Shown here one piece after another: positions 21,739 through 32,384 of a stretch of 64,000 bases of DNA (position 1 is the stretch's first letter; the number at the start of each line of letters is the position of its first letter). The DNA is from an uncultured delta proteobacterium. GTDB lineage: Bacteria > Desulfobacterota > Binatia > Binatales > Binataceae. The position numbers and the translations under genes were made by a program. Location of the stretch: assembly GCA_963835905.1 (NCBI GenBank), contig CAWIHG010000005.1, positions 891,629-955,628 of the forward strand, read 5' to 3'. Below the pieces are notes generated by a model. It searched no databases, was not told the origin of the DNA, and was given only the letters and a program-made list of their open reading frames with translations.

Positions 21739-23532
21739 ATGAAAGCCAATAATCCGAGCCGCCGTGTCCCGTGGCCGGCCATCTTTGGCCTCGCCAGCAT
21801 CGCCTTGCTTGTTGTGGCGACACCCGGCAGCCCAAATGCTGGCGCGCCGGCACCGCTGGCCGAACATGCGGCCTCTCCCGCACCACGCGGCGACGCCCCG
21901 TTCCGCAAGACGGTCGCCGGTTTCATCGACTCCGAGATGCGCATGTTTCCCGAGCGCGCCACCGCCGAGGGCGACCATCGCTTCGACGCCCGCGTGGACG
22001 ATTTATCCGCGGCCGGAGTCGCGGCGGTCGTCCGTCACGCTCAGAAATGGAAGCAGACTTTCCGGAACTTCGACTCGAAATCGCTCACCCCGAACAATGA
22101 AGCGGATCGCGAGTGGCTGGTCGCGCGATGCGACGGTGAGTTGCTCTGGCGCCTAGAGGTCCGCAGCTACCAGCGCGCCCCCGGCATGTACCTGCCGACT
22201 TCGGGGATATTCGGCCTGATTCAGCGCGATTTCGCGCCCGCTGCGGACCGGATGAAATCGGTCACAGCGCGCGAGCAGGCCTCGCTTGCGAACCTCGCCG
22301 CCGCGCGCGCCAACCTGGTCGCCGGGCGCACGCCCGCGGTCGCGATCGATATCACGCTGCAGCAGATGCCCGCGACGATTTCGTTCTTCAAAACCGATCT
22401 GCCCAAGGCGTTCGCCTCGGTGCCGGATGGCCCCGCGAAGGCCGCGTTCGACAAGGCCAACGCCGCGGAAATTACCGCGATCGAGAGTTATCGCGACTGG
22501 CTGCGCACAGTCCTGCGCCCCAAGGCGGGCGGCGACTATGCGATCGGCGCCGACGCCTACCGGCGGATGCTCGCCGACCAGGACATGGTGACGATTCCGC
22601 TTCCACAGCTTGAAGCGGTCGGCAACACAGAGCTGGCGTCGCTGCAGCTGCAATTCGGCAAAACCGCCGCCGCCGTCGATCCAAAACATTCGCCCGCAGA
22701 GGTCGCTGCCGCGCTCGGCCGTGAGCATCCGCCTGCCGATCAGATTATCGCGGCCGTCGCCGACGGGCTTGCCGCGCTGCGCGCGTTCGTGATCGAGCAT
22801 CATATCGCGACGATACCGTCGCCGGTTGCGCCGACCGTCGCGCAGACACCGCCCTTCATGCGCGCAACGACGTTCGCCTCGATGGATACGCCGGGACCGT
22901 TCGAGAAATCGACCCAGGCATATTTCTTTGTCACGCTGCCGGATCCTTCATGGCCTCCGGAGCGCAAGGATCAACTGCTCGCGTTCTTTTCCGGACCCGC
23001 GATCTCGGACACTTCGGTTCACGAGGTTTACCCCGGCCATTACGTTCAGTTTCTCAACAACCGGCTCAATCCCGATCTCGTCCGCGCGCTTTACGTCTCG
23101 GGCGCCAACGCCGAAGGATGGGCGCTCTATTGCGAGCAGATGATGCTCGACGAGGGGCTCCATCGCGGACACCCCCGCTATCGCCTGGCGGAGTTGCAGA
23201 TGGCGCTGCTGCGTGCGTGCCGCTACCTGGTGGCGCTGCGAATGCATACGCAAGGCATGACCGTCGCGCAGGCGCAGACGTTCTTTGAAAAGAACGCCTA
23301 CCTGACCCCGCATAACGCGCGAGTCGAGGCGTTGCGCGGCACCGAGGACCCGGGCTACCTGCGCTACCAGCTCGGCAAGCTGATGATCCTGAAGCTGCGC
23401 GCCGATTTGCAAAAGAAGCAAGGCGCAAAGTTCGATCTCGGCCGCTTCCACGACGCCTTCCTGCGTGAAGGCGCGATTCCAATCTTGCTGATTCGGCGCG
23501 CGATGCTCGGTCCGGTGGGTTCGCTCCTGTGA
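21739..23532 (+). CDS. DUF885-family secreted protein (putative metallopeptidase)
   Basis: Signal peptide, HEVYPGHYVQ, EGWALYCE, Y.LGKL.I..LR, FHDAFL..G. Confidence 0.85.
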   Translation: MKANNPSRRVPWPAIFGLASIALLVVATPGSPNAGAPAPLAEHAASPAPRGDAPFRKTVAGFIDSEMRMFPERATAEGDHRFDARVDDLSAAGVAAVVRHAQKWKQTFRNFDSKSLTPNNEADREWLVARCDGELLWRLEVRSYQRAPGMYLPTSGIFGLIQRDFAPAADRMKSVTAREQASLANLAAARANLVAGRTPAVAIDITLQQMPATISFFKTDLPKAFASVPDGPAKAAFDKANAAEITAIESYRDWLRTVLRPKAGGDYAIGADAYRRMLADQDMVTIPLPQLEAVGNTELASLQLQFGKTAAAVDPKHSPAEVAAALGREHPPADQIIAAVADGLAALRAFVIEHHIATIPSPVAPTVAQTPPFMRATTFASMDTPGPFEKSTQAYFFVTLPDPSWPPERKDQLLAFFSGPAISDTSVHEVYPGHYVQFLNNRLNPDLVRALYVSGANAEGWALYCEQMMLDEGLHRGHPRYRLAELQMALLRACRYLVALRMHTQGMTVAQAQTFFEKNAYLTPHNARVEALRGTEDPGYLRYQLGKLMILKLRADLQKKQGAKFDLGRFHDAFLREGAIPILLIRRAMLGPVGSLL

Positions 23533-23554
23533 GGGCCGGCTTGAGAGGTCCCCG

Positions 23555-24565
23555 ATGAGCACGGCCGGGCAAAGCGCCATCTATGAGCTCGAGCCCGATC
23601 GCGGCGCAGGCCTGTCTGGCGGCTGGAGGCTCGGCGCGGAGGCGCTGGCCGCCGGATGCATCGCGGCCGTCGCGGCGATCGCGGCGGCAACGGGGATCTT
23701 CTATGTGATGTTCCCGGAGCTTGGCGCGCTGGCCTGGGACGTTGCGATCCGCCCGCGCGGAAAATGGTCCACCTCACCGATCTTCCTGGCGCTGACCCCG
23801 GTTGCGACCGGCGCCATCGGTATCGCGATCACCCGCACGATGCCCTACGGGCTGGCCTCCGTGATGCTCGACGTCGGCGCGGCGCTGATTGTGATCGTCG
23901 CCACGGGCTCCCCGATCTCACCGGCGATTTCCGCCGGCCTGCTGCCGCTGGTGATCGGAATTAGCAGCTGGATTTATCCGCCCGGAATTCTGGTCGGTAC
24001 CGCGATGCTGGCTGGAGTCTCGATCCTGTGGCGGCGATTTCAGCCCGACGAGGCGATCGACACGCAGCCGCTGCCGAACCGGACGCGTCCCGACCTATCG
24101 CCGCCCGGAGTGGCATGGGTCGTCGCGATGCTGGCGTTCGTGGCCGGCGCATACGGTGTGGTGCGGCTCACCGGAATGCGCTTCGTGCTGTTCCCGCCGT
24201 TGGCCGTGATCGCATACGAGATGTTCGGTCACGCGGCCTCGTGCGAATGGGCGGATCGTCCGGTGCGGCTCCCGGTGGCGTGCCTGCTCACTTCGGCCGG
24301 CGGCTTCGCATGCTGGCATCTGCTCGGCGCGAGCCCCGCCGCCGCGGCCTTGAGCATGGTGTGGGGAATGATCGTTTTGCGGGCGATGCGGGTGCACGTG
24401 CCGCCGGCGCTCGCCGTCGCGCTGCTTCCGCAGGTGATGGATCACCCGACGATCCTTTACCCGCTCGCCGTGGGGTTGGGGACCTCGATGCTGTCGGGGT
24501 GGTTCTATGCTTACAGCGCAATCGCAGGCAGGTACCTGGTCAGCACCAGCCGCGCGCCGTCGTGA
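23555..24565 (+). CDS. Multi-pass membrane protein, HPP-family-like
   Basis: Two hydrophobic repeats with FPELGAL/FPPLAV and PAISAGLLP/PPALAVALLP. Confidence 0.55.
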   Translation: MSTAGQSAIYELEPDRGAGLSGGWRLGAEALAAGCIAAVAAIAAATGIFYVMFPELGALAWDVAIRPRGKWSTSPIFLALTPVATGAIGIAITRTMPYGLASVMLDVGAALIVIVATGSPISPAISAGLLPLVIGISSWIYPPGILVGTAMLAGVSILWRRFQPDEAIDTQPLPNRTRPDLSPPGVAWVVAMLAFVAGAYGVVRLTGMRFVLFPPLAVIAYEMFGHAASCEWADRPVRLPVACLLTSAGGFACWHLLGASPAAAALSMVWGMIVLRAMRVHVPPALAVALLPQVMDHPTILYPLAVGLGTSMLSGWFYAYSAIAGRYLVSTSRAPS

Positions 24566-24574
24566 GTACGGGGC

Positions 24575-24757
24575 TCAGGCGGCCTCGCGCATCGGGAGGC
24601 CGCAATGCTGCGGCACTTCCGCGCTACCGCAATCCGCGCCCATCCAGCAGACCAGCTTTTCGCCGCCGCTCACCTGCTCGATATGCATCGGGCGGTTGCA
24701 ATGCTTGGGGGTATCGAGTTCGTGGCCGCACTTGGCGCACTTGAGCTTCGTCGCCAT
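24575..24757 (-). CDS. Small Cys/His-rich metal-binding protein (60 aa)
   Basis: CAKC...PKHCNRPM...C.....C...PQHCGLPM internal duplication; GGAG RBS. Confidence 0.7.
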   Translation of the reverse strand: MATKLKCAKCGHELDTPKHCNRPMHIEQVSGGEKLVCWMGADCGSAEVPQHCGLPMREAA

Positions 24758-24794
24758 CGCTGATTCTCCCTTGCTTGGGATACCGCGCCGCGCG

Positions 24795-25406
24795 TCAGAC
24801 GTTGACCGGGCTCGCAGGCAGTACGCGCCCGGCAATCACTTCGTCGATTAGACCGTACTCGACGGCCTGCGCAGACGACATGTAGTTGTCGCGGTCGGTG
24901 TCCTTTTCAATTTTTTTGACCGCCTGCCCGGTATGATTGGCCAGGATTTCGTTGGTCATCTCGCGCAGGCGCAGCGCCTCGCGCGCGTGGATTTCGATGT
25001 CGCTCGCCTGCCCCTCGAATCCGCCCGAGAGCTGATGAATCAGGATCCTGCTGTGCGGCAGCGCGTAGCGCCGCCCCTTGGCTCCCGCCGCCAGCAGCAG
25101 CGCGCCCATGCTGGCCGCCTGTCCAACGCACAGCGTCGAAACCGGCGGCTTCACGAATTGCATCGTGTCGTAGATGGCAAGCCCTGCCGTGACTGATCCC
25201 CCCGGCGAATTGATGTACATGTTTATCTCGCGCTCGGGATCGTCGGATTCAAGGAACAGCAACTGGGCGGTCACCAGATTGGCAAGATCGTCGGTGACCT
25301 GGCCGCCGATAAACACGATCCGGTCCTTAAGCAGCCGCGAGTAAATGTCGTAAGAGCGCTCACCGCGCCCGGTCTGCTCAATAACGTAGGGAACAAGAAT
25401 GCTCAT
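24795..25406 (-). CDS. clpP: ATP-dependent Clp protease proteolytic subunit
   Basis: [37 protein letters not shown] (Ser), IHQ (His), DRDN (Asp). Confidence 0.97.
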   Translation of the reverse strand: MSILVPYVIEQTGRGERSYDIYSRLLKDRIVFIGGQVTDDLANLVTAQLLFLESDDPEREINMYINSPGGSVTAGLAIYDTMQFVKPPVSTLCVGQAASMGALLLAAGAKGRRYALPHSRILIHQLSGGFEGQASDIEIHAREALRLREMTNEILANHTGQAVKKIEKDTDRDNYMSSAQAVEYGLIDEVIAGRVLPASPVNV

Positions 25407-25467
25407 GGCACCACGATCGTACAACGGAGATTCTTCTGGGTCGAGAGGCGCCGCATCTTTGCTCGCG

Positions 25468-25986
25468 ATGGCGGCGCTTGGAACGATTCTGCTGACTGCG
25501 GCGCTCGCCACCCAATTGCTTGCCGCCGACCTCACGACGCAGCGCCCGGTGAGCGACCGCTACTTTCTGCCCGACTCCAAACAGTCGCGAATCGTCACCG
25601 TCACGCCCTCGGCCAAGGCGTCGGAAAGCGGAAATGCGGAAGGAATGGTCGTTATGACCCAGGGGGTCGCGGTCAAGGAAACCGGCCCCGCAGAGACGGT
25701 CAAGAAGTTCGGCGAAACTTACGCGTGGGCGCCCAGCTTCATCGCCGTCCATCGCGACGAGCCGCTGCGCCTGATGTTCTGGAACCTGCAGCCCGACGAC
25801 GAGCACGACTTCATGCTGCTGGATCCGAACGGAGACGTAATGATGCATCAGCGGCTGCTGCCGCTCACGAGAAATGCGTGGGTGTTCACGTTTCATCAGC
25901 AGGGAATCTTCGACTTCATGTGCGCCGCCCATCAGCCCGAGATGACCGGACAGATCCTCGTGCTCCCGCCGCTCGGAAATCGGTAG
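25468..25986 (+). CDS. Exported cupredoxin-domain protein
   Basis: Signal-like N-terminus; type-1 copper ligand pattern H(DF)...[12 protein letters not shown]; start uncertain. Confidence 0.75.
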   Translation: MAALGTILLTAALATQLLAADLTTQRPVSDRYFLPDSKQSRIVTVTPSAKASESGNAEGMVVMTQGVAVKETGPAETVKKFGETYAWAPSFIAVHRDEPLRLMFWNLQPDDEHDFMLLDPNGDVMMHQRLLPLTRNAWVFTFHQQGIFDFMCAAHQPEMTGQILVLPPLGNR

Positions 25987-26341
25987 CCGCCGCTGACGCG
26001 AGTGCTCTGGGCCACGCCGTCTGCGGCTAGCGGATCGCGGGCTTGAGGAATACTGCGGAGGTCACTGCCTCGATTTCGATTTTTGCGTTGAGTTGACTCC
26101 CCGCCAAACCGAGCTGAGGGGCGTTCGTCTTCTTACGGTGATGCAATCAGGTGCAGGTGGTCCGAGCGAATTATAAACATGTATGGCACAACCTGTTGAT
26201 GCTTTCGTCCGCCCTTGTTGACCGGGTTATTCATTTGGTTTGCATGAGAGGCTTAACCTCGCTTAAATGACGAACTTTGGGGGATCGAGCCTTAGGGGCG
26301 ATCCGAAATTTAGGACCCAAAATGACGAGGGAGGATGGAAG

Positions 26342-26905
26342 ATGAGAATTCGATTTGCGACAGCTCTGTTGTTGATGAGCGTGCTATCCGCGGCGCCCGT
26401 CTGGGCCAACGGAAATTGGAACGGATCAACCTCTGCGGCAGCGCCCGCCGCCAGCAATAATCCGAAGGCGTTCAACATCAAGATCAAAATGATCGAAAGC
26501 GGGAGCATCTCCTCGGGCGCCTGTAACGTCGGGTTGGTGGGTTATGATGATTACTGCGCTAGCGGCGACTGTGACTGCTACACGTACTCGGGCACTGCAA
26601 CCGGTGCGGCTGGCAAAGGCCAGGTACTTTTTTCCGAGACCTACGATAACGGCACTTCGTACGCTTTCCCAAATTACGGGTGTGGGAGCGCGTATGGCGA
26701 AATTGACATCCTCGGCTCGAAAGACCAGGTCGCTATCGCGTTCGTCGGATCCGATTGCGGTTCCGCTTTCGCAGCACCGTACCTGACTGGAGGATGCATG
26801 CTGGGACAGGACTTGAACGGCGCGACGGCCGCGGGACAGTGCAGCGGGACCTACAGCACGTCGAATTACACCACGTTCAAGATCAAGGCCAGGGGACTGA
26901 AGTAA
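26342..26905 (+). CDS. Secreted Cys/Gly-rich hypothetical protein
   Basis: GGAGG RBS, signal peptide ending VWA, multiple Cys, followed by a terminator. Confidence 0.7.
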   Translation: MRIRFATALLLMSVLSAAPVWANGNWNGSTSAAAPAASNNPKAFNIKIKMIESGSISSGACNVGLVGYDDYCASGDCDCYTYSGTATGAAGKGQVLFSETYDNGTSYAFPNYGCGSAYGEIDILGSKDQVAIAFVGSDCGSAFAAPYLTGGCMLGQDLNGATAAGQCSGTYSTSNYTTFKIKARGLK

Positions 26906-26934
26906 GCTCAGCCTTTGCTACAATTTCCGTCGAA

Positions 26935-26967
26935 CGAGGAGCGCCCGAGTGGCGCTCCTCGCTTTTT
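26935..26967 (+). terminator. Rho-independent terminator
   Basis: CGAGGAGCGCC-cgagt-GGCGCTCCTCG followed by CTTTTT, between convergent genes. Confidence 0.8.
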
Positions 26968-26992
26968 CTCGCCCTTGAAATGCGCGCCAAGG

Positions 26993-28444
26993 TCAGCCTG
27001 CGGGCTGGCCTGCGATCAGTGAGACGGCGGCTCGCAGCCGATTCACGGTGCGCTCGCGGCCCATCACCGCGATCACTTCGTAGATGCCGGGGCTTACAGT
27101 GCCGCCGGTAATCGCCACCCGCACCGGCTGCGCGAGCTGCCCGAGCTTGAGGCCAAATCGCGCCAGCACGCCCTCGAACTCCGCCTGGATCGCGCTTTGC
27201 GAGAATTCGCCCGCCACCGATTCGAGCGTGTCGGCCAGCGCCGCGAGCGGCTCGCGGATTTCGGGCTTGAGAAACTTCGCGGCGGCCTTCGCGTCGATTT
27301 CGATCTTTTCGTTGAGATAAAAGCTCGCGAATTCGACCAACTCGACCAACGTCTTGGCCCGCTCGCGCAGCGAAGCGACCATCCGCTCGAGCCACGCTTG
27401 GTCGCCGGGAACGTGGAGCCCGCGCTTCTCGATGAACGGGCGCACCTCGCGCGCGAGCTCGGCGGGCGTGCGCTGCTTGAGGTAATGGAAGTTGAGCCAC
27501 AGGAGCTTTTCGGCGTTGAACACGCCGGCGGATTTTCCGCAGTCCTCGAAGTTGAAGTACTCGACGAGCTCCTTCTTCGAGAAAATTTCCTGGTCGCCAT
27601 GCGACCATCCCAGCCGCGCCAGGTAGTTCAGCATCGCCTCGGGAAAATATCCGCCCTCGCGATACGCCACCACCGAGGTGGCTCCGTGGCGCTTGGAGAG
27701 CGGCGAGCCATCGGACCCGAGCACCTGCGGCATATGCGCGAACGCGGGCGGCTCGATTCCCACCGCCTTGAACATCTGGATTTGCCGCGGCGTGTTCGGC
27801 ACGTGATCGTCGCCACGCACGATATGCGTGATGTGCAGGTCGGCGTCGTCGAGCACGCTCGCCCAGTTGTAAACCGGCGAGCCGTCGGAGCGGATGATGA
27901 TCAGATCGTCAAGGTCGCTGTTCTGAAACACCATCCGGCCCTTGACCAGGTCATCCACCACCGTCTCACCGTCAAGCGGCATCGCGAAGCGAATCGTGTA
28001 ATTGCTCCCCGCCGCGCGATCCGGCAACTCCAGGTTCGCTTCGACGGGAAGCCCGCGGCACTTGCGATCGTACATCGGGCGGCGCCGTTCGCGTTCGGCC
28101 TGCTTGCGTTTGGCGTCAAGCTCCTCCGCGCTGCAAAAGCACGGATACGCCTTGCCCGCGCGCAGCAGGTCAAGCGCGGCGGTGCGATGCCTCTGGACGC
28201 GGTTGGTCTGGAAGTAGGCGGTGTCGGGCGGCCCTTCGTCCCACTCCATTCCGAGCCATTCGAGGTCGCGCAACTGCTCTTCGAGCGACTCTTTGGTCGA
28301 GCGCTCGCGATCGGTGTCGTCGATCCGCAGGATGAATTGGCCCTGTTGGTTGCGCGCGTAGAGATACGCGAACAGCCCCGAGCGGACGTTGCCGATATGC
28401 AGCGAGCCGGTGGGGCTCGGCGCGAAGCGCGTGCGGACGCTCAC
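26993..28444 (-). CDS. gltX: Glutamate--tRNA ligase
   Basis: RFAPSPTG.LHIGN, LRIDDTD, RGDDH, PLSKRHGA. Confidence 0.96.
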   Translation of the reverse strand: MSVRTRFAPSPTGSLHIGNVRSGLFAYLYARNQQGQFILRIDDTDRERSTKESLEEQLRDLEWLGMEWDEGPPDTAYFQTNRVQRHRTAALDLLRAGKAYPCFCSAEELDAKRKQAERERRRPMYDRKCRGLPVEANLELPDRAAGSNYTIRFAMPLDGETVVDDLVKGRMVFQNSDLDDLIIIRSDGSPVYNWASVLDDADLHITHIVRGDDHVPNTPRQIQMFKAVGIEPPAFAHMPQVLGSDGSPLSKRHGATSVVAYREGGYFPEAMLNYLARLGWSHGDQEIFSKKELVEYFNFEDCGKSAGVFNAEKLLWLNFHYLKQRTPAELAREVRPFIEKRGLHVPGDQAWLERMVASLRERAKTLVELVEFASFYLNEKIEIDAKAAAKFLKPEIREPLAALADTLESVAGEFSQSAIQAEFEGVLARFGLKLGQLAQPVRVAITGGTVSPGIYEVIAVMGRERTVNRLRAAVSLIAGQPAG

Positions 28445-28448
28445 AATC

Positions 28449-29981
28449 TCACTCCCATTCGATGGTGCCGGGCGGCTTGGACGTGATGTCGTACACGACG
28501 CGATTGACGCCGCGCGTCTCGTTGGTGATACGCGAAGACAGGCGGGCCAGGAAGTCGGGATCCAGCCGCGCCCAGTCCGCCGTCATCCCGTCCTGCGACT
28601 CGACCGCGCGAATCGCGATCACGCTTTCATAGGTGCGCCCGTCGCCCATCACGCCGACGGTCTTGAGCGGCAGCAGCACCGCGAAGCCCTGCCACAGCCG
28701 CGCGCCGAGGCCCGCCGCCGCGGTCTCTTCCATCACGACCGCGTCAGCGCGCCGCAGCAGATCGAGCCGCTCGCGAGTGACCTCACCCACTATTCGCACC
28801 GCGAGGCCCGGACCCGGGAACGGCTCGCGATCGACGATGTCGGCGCCCAGGCCCAGTTCGCGGCCGACCGCGCGCACTTCATCCTTGAACAGCAGCCGCA
28901 ACGGCTCGACCAGTTCCAGTTTCATCCGCTCGGGCAGTCCACCGACGTTGTGATGGCTCTTGATTACGGCGGACGGTCCCTTGAACGACACCGATTCGAT
29001 TACGTCGGGATACAGAGTGCCCTGCCCCAGAAATCGCGCGCCGTAGAGCGACCCCGCCTCATGTTCGAAAACCTCGATAAACGTGTGGCCGATAATCCTG
29101 CGCTTCTGCTCGGGATCGAGCACGCCCGCAAGGCGGCTGATGAACAGCTCGGACGCATCGACGACCTTAAGCTCCAGACCGAGCTGGTGCGCGAACGCGC
29201 TTTCCATCCGCTCGCGTTCGCCCGCCCGCAGCAGCCCCGTATCCACGAACACGCTCATCAGGCGCGAGCCGATGGCGCGGTAAATCAGCGCGGCCGCGAC
29301 CGAGGAATCGACGCCGCCCGAAAGTCCCATGATGACGCGATCGTTCGTGCCCACGCGCGCGCGAATTTCCGCCACGCTGGTTTCCACGATACTCGCGGGC
29401 GTCCAATCGCCCGCCTCGCCGCAGATCTTGCGCGCAAAGTTGCCCAGGATCTGCCCGCCGGCGGGCGTATGGACGACCTCGGGATGGAACTGGATTCCGC
29501 GCAGGCGGCCGTCGCGCGAGCGCACGGCGGCGTACGGAGAATTGTCGGTGTGCGCAATCGGGCACAGGATGTCGGTCACCGACTCGACCCGGTCGCCGTG
29601 ACTCATCCACACCTGATGCTCGCGGCCGGCAAGACCCTCGAACAGCGGGTCGGCTTCGTCGATCACCAGGGTCGCCCGGCCGTACTCGCGCGCACGCGCA
29701 CCGGCGCTCGGAGCCCCGAGATGCTGCGCGATCACGAACATCCCGTAGCAGATCCCCAGCACCGGGCATCCGAGGTTCAGCACTTCGTCGGCGATATCGG
29801 GCGCGTCCTTCCAGTAGAGACTAGCGGGTCCGCCGGACAGGATTATGCCGCGCGGCTTCATCGCGCGGATCTTCGCGAGGTCGAAGTCGAACGGATGAAT
29901 CTCGCAGTAGACGTGCGCCTCGCGCACGCGGCGCGCGATTAGCTGCGTGTACTGGCTGCCGAAATCTAGAATCAGGATCAC
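28449..29981 (-). CDS. guaA: GMP synthase (glutamine-hydrolysing)
   Basis: LDFGSQYTQLIARR, GICYG, QFHPEV, SGGVDS, IKSHHNV, KPPGTIEWE. Confidence 0.97.
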   Translation of the reverse strand: MILILDFGSQYTQLIARRVREAHVYCEIHPFDFDLAKIRAMKPRGIILSGGPASLYWKDAPDIADEVLNLGCPVLGICYGMFVIAQHLGAPSAGARAREYGRATLVIDEADPLFEGLAGREHQVWMSHGDRVESVTDILCPIAHTDNSPYAAVRSRDGRLRGIQFHPEVVHTPAGGQILGNFARKICGEAGDWTPASIVETSVAEIRARVGTNDRVIMGLSGGVDSSVAAALIYRAIGSRLMSVFVDTGLLRAGERERMESAFAHQLGLELKVVDASELFISRLAGVLDPEQKRRIIGHTFIEVFEHEAGSLYGARFLGQGTLYPDVIESVSFKGPSAVIKSHHNVGGLPERMKLELVEPLRLLFKDEVRAVGRELGLGADIVDREPFPGPGLAVRIVGEVTRERLDLLRRADAVVMEETAAAGLGARLWQGFAVLLPLKTVGVMGDGRTYESVIAIRAVESQDGMTADWARLDPDFLARLSSRITNETRGVNRVVYDITSKPPGTIEWE

Positions 29982-30057
29982 GTATCGATGCCTTGGACTG
30001 TAAATATACCGGAGCGACTTGCGGCTACGAAGCGGGCACCGCCGCGGTGTCCACAGC

Positions 30058-31491
30058 CTACCGATCCGCGCCGGTGCGCGGGGTGCGCCGCCGGTCGCGT
30101 CCCGCCGCGCTGGTGCGGCCGGTGCGATGGAACTCCAGGCGCAGCGGCGTTCCCACCAGCTTGAGCGCGGTGCGAAAGCGGGTCTCGAGGAAGCGGATGT
30201 AATGCGCCGGGATGTCGCGCTGCAGGTTGGCGAAAAACCGCAGCCGCGGCGGCGCGCTGCCCACCTGCGTCACGTACATCAGGTTGAGCCGCCGCCGCCC
30301 GACCATCGGGGGATCCATTGCGGTCATCGCCTTGGCCAGAATCTGGTTGAGCACCGCGGTCTGAAACGTCGTGCGCCATGACTCGCCTGCCTTGACCGCC
30401 GCCGGAACGATCTCCGCCACGCCGTCGCCCTTGAGCGCGGAGGTGAACACCAGCGTCGCATACGACAGGAACGGGAACCGCTCGTGCGCGTCGCTTACGA
30501 AGGCTGCCACCCGCCGCCCCAACTTCGCCGCCGCATCCCACTTGTTGCACACCAGGACCATCGCGCGATCGTTGGTGTCGACCAGGCGCGCCAGCCGCGC
30601 ATCCTGATCGGTAATCCCCTCGGTCGCGTCGATAACCAGCAGGACCACGTCGGCGCGCCGGATCGTCTCGATCGCGCGCCCGACCGAGCGCTGCTCGAGC
30701 TCGCCTTCGACGCGGGTCGGGCGCCGGATGCCGGCGGTATCGATCAGCAGCACCTCGCGGCCGCCGGCGCGCAGCCGCACATCGATAGCGTCGCGCGTGG
30801 TGCCGGGAGTGGAATCAACGATGGCGCGCTCGTAGCCGGAGAGCCGGTTGAGCAGTGACGACTTGCCCACGTTGGGCCGCCCCACCAGGGCGAGCCGGAT
30901 CTCGGGCGGCGCGTCGGACACCGCCTGCGCCCGTGGAAGCCGGCTTACCACTTCATCGAGCAGATCGGCCACGCCGCGGCCGTGCGCGGCGGAAATCGGG
31001 AACAGGCGGTCCACGCCGACGGCGTAAAATTCGGCGGCGCCGGATTCGCCCGACGGGTTATCAATCTTGTTGACCGCGATCACGAGCCGCCGTCCGGTCG
31101 CTCGCACCAGCTCCACCGCTTCGCGATCGGCCCCGCCCAGTCCCGTGCGCCCGTCGAACACGAAGACCACGACGTCGGCGGCGCCGACCGCGCGCAGCGC
31201 CTCTGCGGCGACCCGCTCGGACATCGCCGCCGTGCCGCCGAGCTCGAGCCCGCCGCTGTCGATAACCGTGAAGTCGCGGTCCTCCCATGACGCGCGCGCG
31301 AAATTAAGGTCGCGCGTGGTTCCCGGGACCGCACTGGTAATCGCGCGGGCGCCCGTGGCAATCCGGTTGAACAGCGTGGACTTGCCCGCGTTGGCGCGTC
31401 CCACCAGCACCACCGACGGCAGCCCCGCCGCCAGCGCCCGGGCCGAAAGCTCCTCGCGCGTGGTGCCGCCCGATGCTCGCCGCGCGCTCAC
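30058..31491 (-). CDS. der: Ribosome biogenesis GTPase Der (EngA)
   Basis: Two G domains (GRANAGKS and GRPNVGKS, PGTTRD twice, NKID/NKWD) and KH-like C-terminus. Confidence 0.95.
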   Translation of the reverse strand: MSARRASGGTTREELSARALAAGLPSVVLVGRANAGKSTLFNRIATGARAITSAVPGTTRDLNFARASWEDRDFTVIDSGGLELGGTAAMSERVAAEALRAVGAADVVVFVFDGRTGLGGADREAVELVRATGRRLVIAVNKIDNPSGESGAAEFYAVGVDRLFPISAAHGRGVADLLDEVVSRLPRAQAVSDAPPEIRLALVGRPNVGKSSLLNRLSGYERAIVDSTPGTTRDAIDVRLRAGGREVLLIDTAGIRRPTRVEGELEQRSVGRAIETIRRADVVLLVIDATEGITDQDARLARLVDTNDRAMVLVCNKWDAAAKLGRRVAAFVSDAHERFPFLSYATLVFTSALKGDGVAEIVPAAVKAGESWRTTFQTAVLNQILAKAMTAMDPPMVGRRRLNLMYVTQVGSAPPRLRFFANLQRDIPAHYIRFLETRFRTALKLVGTPLRLEFHRTGRTSAAGRDRRRTPRTGADR

Positions 31492-32384
31492 AGGCCGTAC
31501 TCGGCGACTTTGCGCGGGTCTTTGGTCCAGTTGGGCTCGACCTTGACGGCAACTTCGAGGAACACGCGCGCGCCAAGAATCTGTTCGAGCTCGAGGCGCG
31601 CCGCGGTCGCGATTTCCTTCAGCGAGCGGCCGCCCGCTCCGATCACCATCCCCTTGTGCGAGTCGCGCTCGACGATTACCAGGGCCGCGATCCGTTTGAG
31701 CTTGCGTTCGGGCAAATCTTCGAAGCTCTCAACCTTGACCGCGGTGGAAAACGGGATTTCCTGGCGCATTCGCAGGAAGATCTTCTCGCGAATCACTTCC
31801 TCGGCGAGCATTCGTTCGGTCTGGTCCGTGTACTCGTCCTCGGTCATCAGCGGCGGCCCGGGACGCAGCATCGGACGCAGCGTCTCGAGCAGTTCGTCCA
31901 CATTCTCACCCGTGCGCGCACTGACCGGCACGATTTCGGCCGCGGGCAGAAGGTTTCGAATCTCGTCGATCAGCGGCAGGAGGCTCGGTCGCGCAACCCG
32001 ATCGATTTTGTTGATCGCGACGACCATCGGCGCCGTGAGCGCGCCGAGCTCGGCCAGCGTCGCACGATCATCCGCGCCCAGGCGCTCGCCCGCCTCGACC
32101 ACCGCCAGCACGATCTCCGCCTCGCCCAGCGCGCGGCGCGCTACGTCGACCATCCGGCGATTCAGCTCGCGTGCGGCCTCATGGATTCCCGGCGTATCGA
32201 CGAAGACGAATTGCGCGTCAGGATCGTTGCGCACGCCGATTATCCGGCGCCGCGTGGTTTGCGGGCGCGGCGACACGATCGCCACCTTCTGCCCCACCAT
32301 CCGGTTGAGCAGCGTCGATTTGCCGACGTTTGAGCGCCCGCCCAGCACCACGAAGCCGGCGCGATGCTCACGAGGGTCGCTCAC
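31488..32384 (-). CDS. era: GTPase Era
   Basis: GRSNVGKSTL, PQTTR, DTPG, NKID, KH domain VIGAGG. Confidence 0.96.
   Translation of the reverse strand: MSDPREHRAGFVVLGGRSNVGKSTLLNRMVGQKVAIVSPRPQTTRRRIIGVRNDPDAQFVFVDTPGIHEAARELNRRMVDVARRALGEAEIVLAVVEAGERLGADDRATLAELGALTAPMVVAINKIDRVARPSLLPLIDEIRNLLPAAEIVPVSARTGENVDELLETLRPMLRPGPPLMTEDEYTDQTERMLAEEVIREKIFLRMRQEIPFSTAVKVESFEDLPERKLKRIAALVIVERDSHKGMVIGAGGRSLKEIATAARLELEQILGARVFLEVAVKVEPNWTKDPRKVAEYGL

Noticed and set aside
26183..26202. Sigma54 promoter (TGGCAC...) upstream of the secreted protein
   Set aside because: The -12 GC is not at the required spacing.
27197..29942. Long antisense ORFs opposite gltX and guaA (likewise 49995-51377 and 53991-55475)
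   Set aside because: Typical shadow ORFs of high-GC coding sequence, with no motifs.
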